From the NCBI RefSeq assembly GCF_009834535.1, contig NC_045696.1, positions 41,480,001 to 41,544,000 of the forward strand: 64,000 nucleotides of DNA. The letters run 5' to 3'. This document shows, one piece after another, positions 25,731 through 40,129 of this stretch. Made by a program: the position numbers and the translations under genes. The DNA is from Camelus ferus (Eukaryota). The first letter of the stretch is position 1. The number at the start of each line of letters is the position of its first letter. The notes under the pieces were generated by a model. It saw only the letters and a list, made by a program, of their open reading frames with translations. It ran no database searches and had not been told where the DNA came from.

Positions 25731-28700
25731 CACAAAAGAAGCCTCAACAAATTTAAGAGAATAGAAATTATTTCAAGCATGTTTTCTGACCTCAATGGCA
25801 TGAAACTAGAAATCAATGGAAAAACAAAGGAGAAAAAAATGACAGCATGGACACTAAACAAGCTGCTACTAAAAAAACCAGTGGGTAAGTGATGAAATCA
25901 AAGAAGAAATTTAAAAATACTTTTAGATCAATGACAATGAAAACACAACCACACAAAATCTATAGGATGCAGCAAAATTAGTCCTAAGAGGGAAGTTCAT
26001 AGCAACACAAGCCTTCCTCAAAAATCAGTAACAAACTCAAGCAAACATCCTAATCTATCAGCTAAAAGAATTAGAAAAAGAAGAGCAAATAAAACCTAAA
26101 GTCAGCAGAAGGAAGGAAAAAATAAAGATCAAGTAGGAAATAAATAAAACAGAGATTAAAAAACAATAGAAAAAATCAATCAAACCAAGATCTGGTTTTT
26201 TGAAAGAGTAAACAAAATGGACAAACCTCTGCCCAGGCTCACCAAGAAGAAAAGAGAGAGAACACAAATAAACAAAATAAGAAAGGAAAATGGGGAAATT
26301 ACCAACCAATACCACAAAAATACAAAAAAAGAGAAAGAAAAAGAAAAAAAAGACAAAGAGAGAGAGAGAATACTATAAATAACTATATGGAAACAAATTG
26401 GACAACCTAGAAGACATGGACATGTTTCTGGAAACATACAGTCTACCAAGACTGAATCAAGAAGAAATAGACCACTTAACAGACCAATGCTAGAAATGAA
26501 ATAGAATCATCAATAAAAAACACGCCTACAAATAACAGTCCAGGACCAGATGGCTTCACTGGGGAATTCTACCAAACATACAAAGAAGAACACACACTGA
26601 CCCTTCTCAAACTCTTCCAAAAGACTGAAAAGGAGGGAGTACTCCCAAACTAATTCCGTGAAGCCACCGTCACCCTAATACCAAAACCAGACAAAGAAAC
26701 TACCAAAAAAGAAAGTTACAGGCCAATGTTGTTGATGAACGTAGATGCAAATATCCTCAACAAAAAGTTAGGAAACAGAATCCAGCAGCACATATAAAAG
26801 ATCACACACCATGATCAAAGTTGGATTCATCCCAGGGGCACAAGGATCATTCAACATACACAAATCAAGCAATGTGATACACCACACCAACAAAAGAAAG
26901 TACAAAAATCACATGATCATCTCAACAGATGCAGAAAAAACATTTGATAAAATTCAAAAGCCATTTATGATTAAAAAACTCTTACCAAAGTGGGTACAGA
27001 GGGACATAGCTCAACATAATAAAAGCTATTTATGACAAACACACAGCCAGCATAATATTCAACAGTGAAAAACTGAAAGCCTTCCCACTAGAACAAGACA
27101 AGGATGCCCACTCTCACCACTTCTATTCAACATAGTCTTGGAAGTCCTAGCCACAGAAATCAGGAAAGAAAAAGAAATGAAAGGGATCCAAATTGGACGA
27201 GAAGAGGTAAAACTGTCACTATATGCAGAACATGATACTATATATAGAAAACCCTAAAAGCTCTACACAAAAACTACTAGAGCTGATAAAAATTCAGCCA
27301 GGTAGCAGGATACAAGATTAACATACAGAAATCAGTTGCATTTCTTTACACTAACAATGAAATAGCAGGAAAAGACAGTAAAGAAACAATCCCTTTTAAA
27401 ATCGCATCCAAAACAATAAAGTACTTAGGAATAAACCTGACCACAGAGGTTAAAGACTTATACATGAAGAACTATAAAACACTGACTAAGGGAATAAAAG
27501 ACGATTTAAAGAAATGGAAAGATATCCCATGCTCCTGGATTGGAATAATCAATCGTGATAAAATGGCCATACTGCCCAAGGCAATCTACAAATTTAACGC
27601 AATCCCTATCAAATTACCCAGGACATATTTCACAGAACTAGAACAAATAATCCTAAAATTTATATGGAATCACAAAAACCCAGAACTGCCAAAGCAATAT
27701 TGAAGAAGAAGAATGAAGCTAGAGGAATAACCCTCCAAGACTTCAGACAATACTACAGAGCTACAGTAATCAAAATAGCATGGTATTGGCATAAAAACAG
27801 ACATACGAATCAATAGAACAGAATAGAGAGCCCAGAAATAAACCCACACACCTAAGGTCAATTAATCTTTGACAAACGAGGCAAGAATATACAATGGAAA
27901 AAAGACAGTCTCTTCAGCAAGTTGTGTTGGGAAAACTGGACAGCTGCATGTAAATCAATGAAGTTAGAACACTCCCTCATACCATACACAAAAATAAACT
28001 GAAAATAGTTTAAAGACTTAAATATAAGACAAGACACAAAAACCTCCTAGAAGAAAACATAGGCAAAACATTCTCTAACATAAATCTTAGCAATGTTCTC
28101 CTAGGGCAATCTACTCAGGCAAAAGAAATAAAAGCAAAAATTTACAATGGGACCAAATTAAACTTATAAGCTTTTGCCCAGCAAAGGAAACCATAAGTAA
28201 AACAAAACCACCACCTATGGAATGGGAGAAAATATTTGCAAATGATGTGACTGACAAAGGTTTAATTTCCAGCATATATAAACAGCTCATACAACTTAAT
28301 AACAAAAAACCCAATCCAAAAATGGGCAAAAGACCTAAACAAGCAATTCTCCAGTGAAGACACACAAATAGCCAATAGGCACATTAAAAAATGCTCAATA
28401 TCACTAATTATCAGTAAATCAAAACTACAATGAGATATCACCCCACACCAGTCAGAATGGCCATCATTAAAAAGTCCACAAATGATAATGGAGAGGCTGT
28501 GGAGAAAAGGGAACCCTCCTACACTGTTGGTGAGAATGTAGTTTGGTGCAGCTACTATGGAAAACACCATGCAGATTCCTCAAAAAACTAAAAACAGACT
28601 TACTATATGATCCAGCAATCCTACTCCTGGGAATATATCCAAAGGAAACCCTAATTCAAAAAGATACATGCACCCCAATGTTCATAGCAGCACTATATAC

Positions 28701-29257
28701 AATAGCCAAGACATGGAAACAACCTAAATGTCCATCCACTGGTAACTGGATAAAGAAGCTGTGGCCTATTTATACAATGGAATCCTACTCAGCCACAAAA
28801 AAAGAATAAAATAATGCCATTTGCAGCAACATGGATGGAACTAGAGATTGTCATTGTAAGTGAAGTAAGCCAAAAAAAGAAAGAAAAATACCATATGATA
28901 TCACTTAAATGTGGAATCTTAAAAGGGGGGGGGGGGAGAAGACACTAATGAACTCATTTACAAAACAGAAACAGACTCAGAAACATAGTAAACAATCTTA
29001 ACGGTTACCGGGGAAAAGGGATAAAGAGAGTTGCAGAGTTTGAGATTTGCAAATGTAAGCCACCATTTATAAAAATAGATACAAAAAAAACCAAATTTCA
29101 TCTGTATAGCACAGGGAACTATACTCAATATCTTGTAATAACCTTTAAAGAAAAAGAATATGAAAATGAATATATGTATGTATATGCATGACTGGGACAT
29201 CGTGCTGTACACCAGAAATTGACACATTGTAACTGACTATACTTCAATTTTAAAAAA
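25731..29257 (+). mobile_element. 5'-truncated LINE-1, ~3.5 kb (end of EN domain through RT to 3'UTR), inactive
   Basis: Continuous ORF2 homology ([20 protein letters not shown]) with frameshifts. TSD aaatcaac(t/a)tgg at 25719-25730 and 29260-29271. Confidence 0.97.
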
Positions 29258-29352
29258 TGAAATCAACATGGGTTCAGCTGAGTTCTCCCAATTTACAGTT
29301 ATTCTCTATTCCTTAAATTCATAAAGAAAGTTGGTATCACTCTTCTTCATAC

Positions 29353-29461
29353 CTGTTTGGATCAGCGTATTAAGTGTCCAAAAGTTTGTGTGGAAAAATT
29401 CTGATCCAGCTAAGCTCAGTGGGGTGGATTTATCCACCAAAGTATTTGGTTGTATTCTAGA
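29353..29461 (-). other. Candidate exon, gene unidentified
   Basis: Donor CAG|gtatga. Upstream TTCTTAAC (29482-29489) resembles a U12 branch site ~20 nt before AG. One frame is open (RIQPNTLVDK...LIQT). Confidence 0.25.
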
Positions 29462-31494
29462 CTTATCACAGAAGCCTCAAAGTTAAGAAGAATGAAGCCA
29501 AAGCAGAAAAGAAATGAAAAGCAGTTGAGACTTCAACAAAATTTGCAATCTAAAATCCCATCTCGAAATTTAGGGCTAGTAAGCTATTAATTCTACATAG
29601 TTAGTCCAGCCTTGATATCAACTTCTTAAAATTTTCCCCATGTCTAGTGTTCATTTAGGAAACTTTTTTTTTTTTTTTTTTTGGTTTGGTTTTAAAGAGC
29701 AACAGATGGGAGTAATCATGGCTGAAATTCTCACCCCTCCTTCTCTGTTGTTGGCCCAGTCTTTTCCAAGGGCACATCTGGGCCTGGGATGGGTCCTTTT
29801 TTTTCTTTTTTCTTTTTTTTCAGTTTTCTCAAGAGCATGTGACTAATACACTTCACGTGGTTAATTAAAGGATTTTGTGTGCAGTGTGTGTAGCGAGACC
29901 CTCGTATGATTCCAAGATCACATGTCTAAACTGTGACTCTCTATTGTCTCATTCTGCGATAAAGTTCATTGAATCAGAATGAGTGGTTGGTCAGAAGTAC
30001 AGGAAAAGAACAAGAGGAAATGAACAGTTATAAATTAAGAATGTGCCCTAAGTTACCACTAGCAGATCTGCTCAAATCAATATAAACGCCTCCTCAGGAA
30101 GAATTGTCATTTTTCAGAAAAGGAAGGGCCCCAGAGAGCATCTAGTCCAATCTCCTCACTTGACCAATGAAAAAAAAAATCAAAGCACAAAGAGATGATG
30201 GGACACACGCAGGTTATGTTAATAACCAACCCAGGACTAGAACTCAGGTCTCTTAACTTGCCTGTAGGGTTCTCATTATGCCCTTAAACATGTAGCTAAA
30301 ATTTCAAAGCCAAAGTTAAGAAAATTAAATTGCACCCCTACTGTTATTACATACTGTGCAATACCTGGGTTTACAAAGATGAGAATTTAGGATTTCTTTT
30401 CTCACAGGGTTTAAGCTCCATGAGGAGGACAAAGACAAACTGACAAATAACCACCCAGGGCAGTAACTATGGAAGATACATTAACAAAGGCCTGAGAAAC
30501 CCCACAGACAGAGCAACTTTTACCTAGGAATTAGTATTTTGTTACATCTTGAAAGCTGAGTGGCAACTTGACAGCAAAGAAGGGCTGTTCTGGGCAAAGG
30601 AGCCAAAAAGACCCTTAAAGGATCTGGTGTGTTCTTGTACAGACAGGGTTAGTAGGAACTGGGGCTGACAAGACAGATTAGGTCAAAGCCAAGGAGTTTC
30701 AATTCCATAATTTAGCCACTTGAATCTAACAGATTTTCAAATAGTAGGGATAGTATTATTGAATAATTTTTTTAATTGGCATTGCTTACATACTCAAGTA
30801 TTTTAAAAACAGACTAGAGTGGGAAGGAGATTGTGGCAAGGGATATGAGCAGGTAACTGGTTTCTACTCTTTCCAAGAAGGAAAAGATGATTAAAAAAAA
30901 AGTAAGAGGTGCATTTTATTTTTAAACTTCAAGCAAACTGATAGACTTCAGCAGGGATTATAAATAGAATAAAGGAAAAGAGAAAGTGGATGAAACCCAG
31001 GTATCTGACTTGGGAAACTGAGTAAAATCATTAACCAAGATCAAGAATAAAGGAAGTGTTAATTCTGAAAGTAAGAGAATGAAAACTTTATTTATCTGGA
31101 GATAGGGCATAAAGATCTAGATATAGACTTCTTGATTCCCTGAAAGAAATTTGGAGGCATTCTGTGTAGTGTGAACTACTAAGTCTTATAATAACAGAGT
31201 CTTTCTCTGACTCAGTGATTACTCTTGGGTCTATAGAAACTAAGGCAACATTAGTTTAAACAACCATCTACTCACAACTGACTATGCAAGCAAACATAAT
31301 CATAACTAACAGATTTTGAGGGTTGCTATTTCCTGTCTGTGTAAACATTGTCTTTCATCAGTGGCATCTAAATAGAAAGCATTATCATTAAATAAGATTA
31401 TTGAGTTCTGTTTTTAATGGCCTTTACTGAATGCCTACCAGGTTAAAAAAAAAAATTATACCTCACTGCCATAAAACGCAAAGGAAAGTAAGAA

Positions 31495-31713
31495 ACTGGA
31501 GATTCCTCAAAAAACTAAAAGTAGAACTACCATATGATCCAGAAATTCCACTTCTGTGTACATCTGAAGAAAATGAAAACACAAATTTGAAAAGATACAT
31601 GCACCGCTGTTCATAGCAGCATTATTCACAAAATTCAATATATGGGAGCAATCTAAGGGCCTATCAATAGATGAATGGATAAAGAAGATGTGGTGTATGT
31701 ATGTGTGTATATA

Positions 31714-31757
<44 letters not shown>

Positions 31758-32177
31758 ATGGAATATTACTCAGCCATAAAGAAGAATGAAATTTTGTCAT
31801 TTGCAACAACATAGATGGACCCAGAAGGTACACTTAGTGAAACAGCCAGAGAGAGACAGACAAATACTGTATATTATCACTTATATGTGGAATCCAAAAA
31901 ATGAAACAAACAAATGAATACAACAAAACAGAAACAGACTTACAGATATAGAGAACAAACTAGTGGTTACCAGTGGGGGAAGGGAAGGGGAGAGGGCAAG
32001 ACAAGGATGGGAGCTTAAGAGATACAAGCTACTATGTATAAAATAAGTAAGTTATCAGGATATATTGTATAGCATGGAGAGTATAGCCAGTATTTTATAA
32101 TAACTTTAAATGGAATATAATCTATTAAAATATTGAATCACTATGTTGCACACTTGAAACTAATATAATAAAAAAAA
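31495..32177 (+). mobile_element. LINE-1 3' end (L1MA9/artiodactyl-like) with internal (TA)n/(CA)n
   Basis: WRFLKKLKVELPYDPEIPLL motif followed by the 3'UTR. Confidence 0.93.
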
Positions 32178-32859
32178 TCCAAGCAGATTGTTGCATAAAT
32201 TTAAAAAAAGAAAGCCCTTTGCAAGTATTCTCATCATATACCATTGAACGATACATATGTCCTTGTTCAGGCTGCTAAAGAAAAAGAAGTTGCTTTTGCT
32301 GAGTTGTGAAGGAGGAAGGGTTTAAGAATTCATGTTGATAATAACAAAGGAGAAAGGGCAATCAAGAATGGGCAGGCTGGGAAAACAGAATGAAAAAAAA
32401 AATGTATGGAAGAGGAAGTGTTACCATACTCAGAGACTATCACAGTTGCCCTGTGTGGTTGTCACTTAGAGTACCTGCTAGTAGATGGTAGGAGGCCTGG
32501 CTAGGATGACAAACTGAAGTCAGCTTGTGAAGGCTTTCATTAAAATGAGGTCTGAAAATGGCAGCGACTACAAAGTGTTGGGGAAAATAGCACAGATAAT
32601 TGCAATAGGGCTTTGCTGAGGCTCTGGTGTGGGAGATCTGCCCCTCAAATAGCTGGGCTGGATCACTCATGTTGCAAAGATGGGTCTAAGGAACTTCCCA
32701 GGTTTCTTTCTTTCATCGCCACACCCTAGTTCCCCTTGACCCTGTCCCCCATGTCACCAAATTAGAAATATTACAAAATCTTGCTTAATATACAAAATAC
32801 ACAAATTTTTCAAAGGAATTTGGTGTCCAAAATGAAGTTACTAATGTTTATTATCAGAA

Positions 32860-33080
32860 TAGTAATAATAATAAATAATAATAATAAAATAAAAATAATA
32901 ATAATAGCTAGTATTTGGAGCACTTGCTTTGTACCAAGAGTATACTGATTGTGTTGTTTGTCCTCACAATAGTCCTTTGAGGAGCGTACATTACCATACC
33001 AGTTTTACAGTGAGGAAGCTTTAAATTACCTTTCCACTGCTGAGAAGCTTGAGGGTCGAGGTAGCCAAGACTGCCTGACA
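32860..33080 (-). mobile_element. MIR with (TAA)n
   Basis: aataatagctagtatttggagcacttg...agttttacagtgaggaa. Confidence 0.65.
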
Positions 33081-33914
33081 CAAAAGCCCTGCTCTTTTCC
33101 TTATCCCACACTTGGCAGCCACTCGACTGCAGCACAAGAATAACTTCTTAGGCATTCTCTTTCTAAAACTGTCATTTTATATAACCCTGTGTACCCAAGG
33201 TTCTTGGGGCTTATAAAAACACTGTAGGTTTTTGTGGCATGAGGTATGTTGTATCTTCCGATGTGAAGTATTTAAGAGGCAGGGGTGAATTAAGGAAGAG
33301 GCAAGGAAGCCAATACATTTGGGACTGTTACTTCCCAAATACTATTTGGATGAAAGCTGCAGTCTTTCTCTAATGATTCAGGAATAAACTCCCTCTGAGT
33401 CAGTGAACTCAGCTGAAAGACAAGAGACAAACTAGCGGAGCCATTCTAAACCAATGATTCACTGACCTTTGAAATCTGGCTAGGAGATATCTAATAAAAA
33501 CAACCCCCTTCAGTTTAAGATATGAGAGATTTACTCCACACCCAAATGAATAGTACGGGGACTTACAGGAATTGTAAATTGTTTTTCCCAAACACAGAAC
33601 CTGGGCAGATTTCTTCTCTTTCAAGACTGAGTCAAATAATATTAAATAGCATGAGGAAAGGAAGTCCCTTAGGGATACAGGGCATACACATAAAATGATT
33701 TACAGTAAGAAACTGACTTACAGTAAGAAACTGAAGATATTTTTAGAAATTTTCTACTTTTCATTTTTAATAAATTAAAAGAAAGCAGACTTTTTGAAGT
33801 GTAGGTCAAGAGATAAGTTTATAAAGTAGCATCAACAAACTAAAAGCTGAGAGTACAATTAAAAAGCAACTGATCATTATAAGAAAAGAATGCATTAAGG
33901 GGAAAATCTTGTAT

Positions 33915-34445
33915 TCTCATTACCAATTCTCTTGCCGAAAACAATTATGAAAGCTGAATAAAAGACTTTTAAAAATGTTTGAAAGCATCTGTGAAGGCAT
34001 CAGAGCAACCAAGACAAGAAGTTGCAGGGCAAAGATCCCAAAGAAAAGTGGGGCAGACGAAGATAAACCCACATTGATGACTGGTTTTTCCCTCAGAGGC
34101 GTTGTGATTTGAACCATCGTTTCTAAACACTAAGTGGGAGACTGGGGCTTGGAGCAGTTGCACCAGGTTGAGAAGAACAGACCAGAGGCCAAAGCCTAAG
34201 AGAGAAGGGGGATAAAAGAGGATAACTCCGGAAGAGTCAGAAATTTGCCTTGAGGCATTTGCCAACTCCTAAGCCCTTCCCATGCAGAGTGAGACCCAAG
34301 CAAAAAAACCCAGTTAAGCCGCCAAAGCCTAAAGCCAAGATATTCAGCAGTTGATCAGTGCTAGACAGACAGAAGATGGAATTCACAACCCACCAAAGAG
34401 GGAAGACACTAGGAAACGCTCTTGGTTTTCAGTTGAGATATAAAA
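33915..34445 (+). mobile_element. Possible old LINE-1 5' region fragment
   Basis: Loose resemblance to ancient L1M 5' ends. A similar segment lies at ~39740-40100. Confidence 0.4.
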
Positions 34446-34770
34446 ATCAAGAAAGTTATATTTTTCAATTACCCATTAACTAAAATATCAATAATAAAAA
34501 TCAAATATGCAAAAGATAAGTTGGACAAAATAAAATTCTGTTCCTTGTATACCAAATGTATGACTTATTAGCATTATAAAGCTGCTTTTAGTAAAAATAA
34601 TAACCTGGAAGATGGAGAATGAATGAATAAAACATTCAATTATAAACTACAACCAGATTAAAAACAGAAATTTATAAAAACATAACAGATAAAAAAATAA
34701 AGAAAGCAATGAAATTACCAAAAAAATACAATTGATAAATATATCTTACTGACACAAAACTAAATAATTA

Positions 34771-37700
34771 GTTCTTTTCACAGTTGAGTATGATGTTAGC
34801 TGTGGCCTTGTCTTATTTGACCCTAGTTAGGCTGAGGTACCTTTTTAAAAAAAGTTCTTTACATCAAAGAAAATATTGAGTATTTTTTTATGCAAGTCTA
34901 GTTAATTTACAATGTGTCTGGTATACAGCAAAGTGATTCACTTATACATATACATATATATTCTTTTTTAGATTCTTTTCCAGTATTGGTTATTACCAGA
35001 TATTGAATGCTGTTCCCTATGCTATGCAGTGGGTCCTTGTTGCTTATCTATTTTATTTATAGTAGTGTGTATTTTTTAATCCCAAATTCCTAATTTATCC
35101 CTCCCCCTCACCTTTCCCCTTTGGTAACCATAAGTTTGTTTTCTGTGTCTCTGAGTCTATTTCTGTTTTGTAAATAAGTTTATTTGTATTATTTTTTTTT
35201 AGATTCCACATATTAGTGATATCATATAATTGTCTTTCCCTGTCTGACTTACTTCATTTAATATGATAATCTCTAGGAACCTCCATGTTGCTGCAAATGA
35301 CATGACTTTATTCTTTTTTATGGCTGAGTAATATTCCATTGTATATACATATACCACATCTTCTTTATCTATTTATCTGTTGATGGACATTTAGGTTGCT
35401 TCCATGTCTTGGCTATTGTAAGTAGTGCTGCTATGATTATTGAGGTGCATGTTATCCTTTTTTTAGAATAACTTTTTTTCCTTTTTCAGTTTTAATAGGT
35501 AGAATTATTACAGTTTGACTGCACATACACATTATACATGTATGTTTTTGAATTAGAGTTTTTGAGGTTCCTTTTTCTATATCTAATTTGACTAGAGCTT
35601 TTATCATGAGAGGATGCTGAAATTTATCAAATTTTTTTTCTGCATCTATTAAGATTGATCATATGATTTTTACCCTTAATTCTGTTAATGTGGTATATCA
35701 TGTTTACTAATTTATGTGTGTTGAACTATCTTTGCATCCCAGGGATGAATCCACTTGGTTATAATGTATAATCTTTTAAATGTGCTGTTGAATTTGGTTT
35801 GCTAGTATTTTGTGGATAATTTTTGCTTCTTTATTTATAGGGATATTGACCTGAAGTTTTTTGGAAGAGTTTGAGAAGGACTTGCATTAATTCTTCTTTA
35901 AGTATCTGGTATGTTCAGCTGTGAAGCCATCTGGTCTTGGGCTTTTCTTTGTTGGGAGGTTTGCAATTACTGATACAATCTCCTTACCCATTGCTGGCCT
36001 GTTCAGGTTTTCTATTTCTTCAGGATTCAGGTCTTGGTAGGATATATGTTTCTAGGGATGTATCCATTTATTCTAGGCTATTCAAAATTTGTTTGTATGT
36101 AATTGTTCATAGTAGTCTCATGATTCCTCGTATTTCTGATTTGTCCATCATAATATCTCCTCTCTCATTATAATTTTATTTGAGTCTTCTTTGTAATTGG
36201 TAAGTCTAGTTAAAGTTTTGTCAATTTTTGTTTCCAAAAACTCAACTCCAAGTTTTATTGATCTTTTCTATTTTTTTTCTGGTGTGTGTTTCATTTGTTT
36301 CTGTTCTAATCTTTGTTACTTCCTTCCTTCTGCTAACTCTGGGCTTAGTCTGGTCTTCTTTTTCTAGTTCCTTGAGGTGTAAATTTAAGTTGCTTATTGA
36401 GAGCTTTCTCTCTTTTTAATTTAGGGGTTTATTACAATAAGCTTCCCTCTTAGCACTACTTTTGCTGAATCTGTATCATCCCGTAAGTTTTGGTATGAAT
36501 TTTTCCTTTATTAATTAATTAACTTTTGCTTTTCCCCTAAGATCAGGAACAAAACAAGGGACCCACTCTCCCTACTTCAATACAACATAGTACTGGAAGT
36601 CCAAGCCTGACCAATTAGGCAAGAAAAAGAAATTAAAAACATCCAAACTGGAAAGGAAGAAGTGAAATTGTCTCTGTTTGCAGACGACATAATCTTATAT
36701 AGAAAAACCTAAAGACTCCATCAAAGTAAAAAAAACTGTTAGAACTAATAAACTAATTCAATAAAGCTGCAGAACACATAATCAATATAAAAATTAGTTG
36801 TACCTCTAAACACTAACAAAGAACTATCTGAACAAGAAATTAAGGAAAAGAAATCCCATTTGCAGTAAGATCAAAAAGAATAAAATACTTAGGAATAATT
36901 TAAACAAGGAAGTGAAAGATCACCACACTGAAAACTACAAAAGATTGATGAAAAAAATTAAAGAAGACACAAATAAATGGAAGGATACCCCAAGTTTATG
37001 TATTGGAAGAATTAGTATTGTTTAAATGTCCATGCTGTGCAAAACAATCTACAGATTCAGTGCAATCCCTATCAACATTCCAATGGTATTTTTCACAGAA
37101 AAAGAAAAATTCTAAAATTGCAATGGAACAACAAAAGACCCCAGGTAGCCTAAGCAGTCTTGAGGGGAAAAATAGTTGGAAAATAGCATGCTTCCTGATT
37201 TCAAACTACACTACAAAGCTGTAGTAAACAAAATGTTATGTACTTACATTAGAAACAGACACATAGAACAGTGGAACAGAAAGAAGAAGTCAGAATAAAC
37301 TCATACATATTCAGTCAACTAACCTTTGACAAAGGTGCCAAGAATAAACAATAGGGAAAGGATAGTCTCTTCAATAGATGGTGTAGAGAAAACTGGTTAG
37401 CCACACACAAAAGAATGAAACTGAACTCCTCTTATACCACTCACAAAAAATTAACTAAAAAAGATTAAAGACTTAACTGTAAGACCTGAAATCATAAAAC
37501 TCCTAGAAGACAACACAGGGGAAAAGATTCTTGATGTTGGTCTTGGCTATGATTTTATTTTATATGATACTAAAACTACAGGCAATAAAAGCAAAATAAA
37601 CAAGTAAGACTACATCAAACTAAAAAGCTTCTGGTAACCAAAGGAAGCCACCAACAAAATGAAAAGGCAACCTACTGAATGGGAGAAAGTATTTGCAAAT

Positions 37701-38770
37701 CATATATCTAATGAGGGGCTAACATCCAAAATATACAAAGAATTCATACAATTCAATAGCCAAAAAAAAAAAATCTGATTTAAAAATGGGCAGAAGAACT
37801 AAATAGAGATTTCCCAAAGAAGACATAGGGATGGCCAACAAGAACGTAATGAGGTTCTCAACATCACTCATCATCAGGGAAATGCAAATCAAAACCACAC
37901 TGAGCTACTACCTCACACCTGTTAGAATGGCTGGCATCAAAAAGGCAAGATATAGCAAGTGCTAGTGAGGTAGGATTCAAGGAAACTCTTGTACACTTTC
38001 GGTGAGAAAGTAAATTTGGATAGCCATTATGAAAAACAATAGAGGTTCCTCAAAAAATTGAAAAGAGAACTTCCCTATGATCCACCAGTCCCACTCCTGG
38101 TTTATGTCCAAATGAAATGAAATCAGTACATCAAAGAGAAATCATCACCCCCATGTTCACTGCAGCATTATTCACAATAGTCAAAATATGGAAACCATGA
38201 AGGGTCCATCAACAGACATGGATAAGGAAAAGGTAGTATATAGATACAATGGAATATTGTCCAGCCTTAAAAAAAAAAAAAAAAAACAGGAAATCTTGCT
38301 ATTTGTGACAACATGGATGAATCTGTAAGACTTTATGCTAAGCAAAATATAGTCAGACATAGAAAGACAAATACTATATGATTTCATTTATACATGGCTT
38401 CTAAAAAAAAGTTTAACTCATAGAACCAGAGAGTGAACTGATGGTTACCAGGGTTGGGAGAGTGAGGGAAACAGAAAGATGTTGATCAAAGGGTACAAAC
38501 TTTCACTAACAAGATAAATAAGGTCATGGGATCTATTGCACAGCATGGTGATGGCAGTTAACAATATTATACTATACACTTGAAACTTGCCAAGAGAATA
38601 GACCCTAAATGTTCTCACCACAAAAAGAAATGGGAATTATGTGACATGATTGAGGTGCTAACACTACAATGGTAATCATTTTGCAGTATATAAATGTATC
38701 AAATCAACACATTGTGATGATTATACATTAATGTTATACATCAATTACATTTCAACAGAGCTGAAAAAAA
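34771..38770 (+). mobile_element. 5'-inverted (twin-primed) LINE-1, L1MA-like
   Basis: Antisense ORF2 at 34771-~36500, then sense ORF2 to 3' end at ~36527-38770. Both arms begin at adjacent positions of the [10 protein letters not shown] region. aaataatt flanks both ends. Confidence 0.9.
34847..35562 (-). mobile_element. Younger LINE-1 3' end nested in the inverted arm
   Basis: TSD tgaggt(a/t)ccttttt at ~34833-34846 and ~35563-35576. Antisense 3'UTR. Confidence 0.85.
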
Positions 38771-40129
38771 TAAAATAATTTACAAAATATACTTGTAAAA
38801 ATATACATGCATGGAGAAAACTAGTAAGACGTATCTTAAAATGATAAATGTGGGGTTTTTCTCCCAGGTGGCAAGATTATGGGTTATACTGTTTCTTTCT
38901 TTATGCTTTGAAATTCTCCACAATAAGCATATGATCAGAAAAAAATGTTTAAAATAAACAAGTATTAATCTTTCTTAAATTGTATAAATGCTTCAAAAAA
39001 TGGTTACTGCCAACAACTTGTGAAAGAAACTGGAAGAAAAGGTGATTTAAGTCATGCTGAATTCGTTTATTCTTAAGTCAGAGTTTTTAATAAATTCATT
39101 TCAATTAATTTATGTTTTAGTTTCATCACTTTTCTATTGCTTAAAAGAGAGGGTTCCTAATTCCTAGGAACTGAAAAGAATGAACAAGCTACATTCTTCA
39201 AGTGTGTACCTGTTTACCTGCGAGGCAGAATTTCCAGCTAATCAGCAATAAGCTATTGCAAGGAGCTCAGAGAGGGTAAATAAAATGTTTCCTTGGAAAA
39301 ATTACCGCAAGTCCTTTCCTGAGTCTCTCTCATTACAGCTACCATTTTTAAGAATGCACACCATTATCATCTGGGTGCTTCATCACAGACTACAGCTCTA
39401 TCACCTGTGCTAAAGATATCAGTAAGCAGAAAGAGACTGCTGCTAAACAAAAAGCAAAATTTTTAAGACAGATGCTTTTCAAAATCGTAATTACTCTACT
39501 AATGAGATGCCTCTCTCTCATCTTTCACTGACATACACTGGATGTATGACATGTGTAAATTATTTTCCATTCGATATTTATGATATTTCCATTCCTAATT
39601 TAGGTGCTAAAGGTTATTAGAAAGTTGGTGCTCTATTATAGTACGTGACCTCTTAAAATCCCATTTTATTTTCATCTCTCTATATGTTAGTATTTCATTG
39701 GTAAAACTGAGATATGAATTCCCACACAAGGTCATTGTAAAGGTTGAATATTTTGCTTCCAGTAATTGGGACCACCTCTCCCACTGAAGATAAAACAAAA
39801 TTTTTTTTAATTTCTACATGAAATCATTTGAGACAATGATTTTATGTTAAAATGCCCTTAACAAGGCAATAAAAATGATCAGACCAAGATATAGGGGAAA
39901 GAAATTGGTGGTGGGTGTTAAGCCAGGCATTTGGGACTACTTTTCCATGAAGACTGATTCTACATGGGACAACTAAGAAGCTGAGGAGCTAAGAAAGCAC
40001 TTGATAGCTTCATAAAGCCAAGGACAAAAACACAGGAGCTCAGGGATTGCCAAAGACAAGAAGAGGCTGTTGAGACTCTCTGAGCTCTGAATTGCAACAC
40101 TGAACAGCTACATGTAGCGTATGTTTTCC

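Noticed and set aside
33701..33737. Short tandem duplications (here 18 bp; also ~22666-22700 and ~50717-50754)
   Set aside because: Ordinary slippage duplications with no repeat-spacer array structure, so not CRISPR-like.
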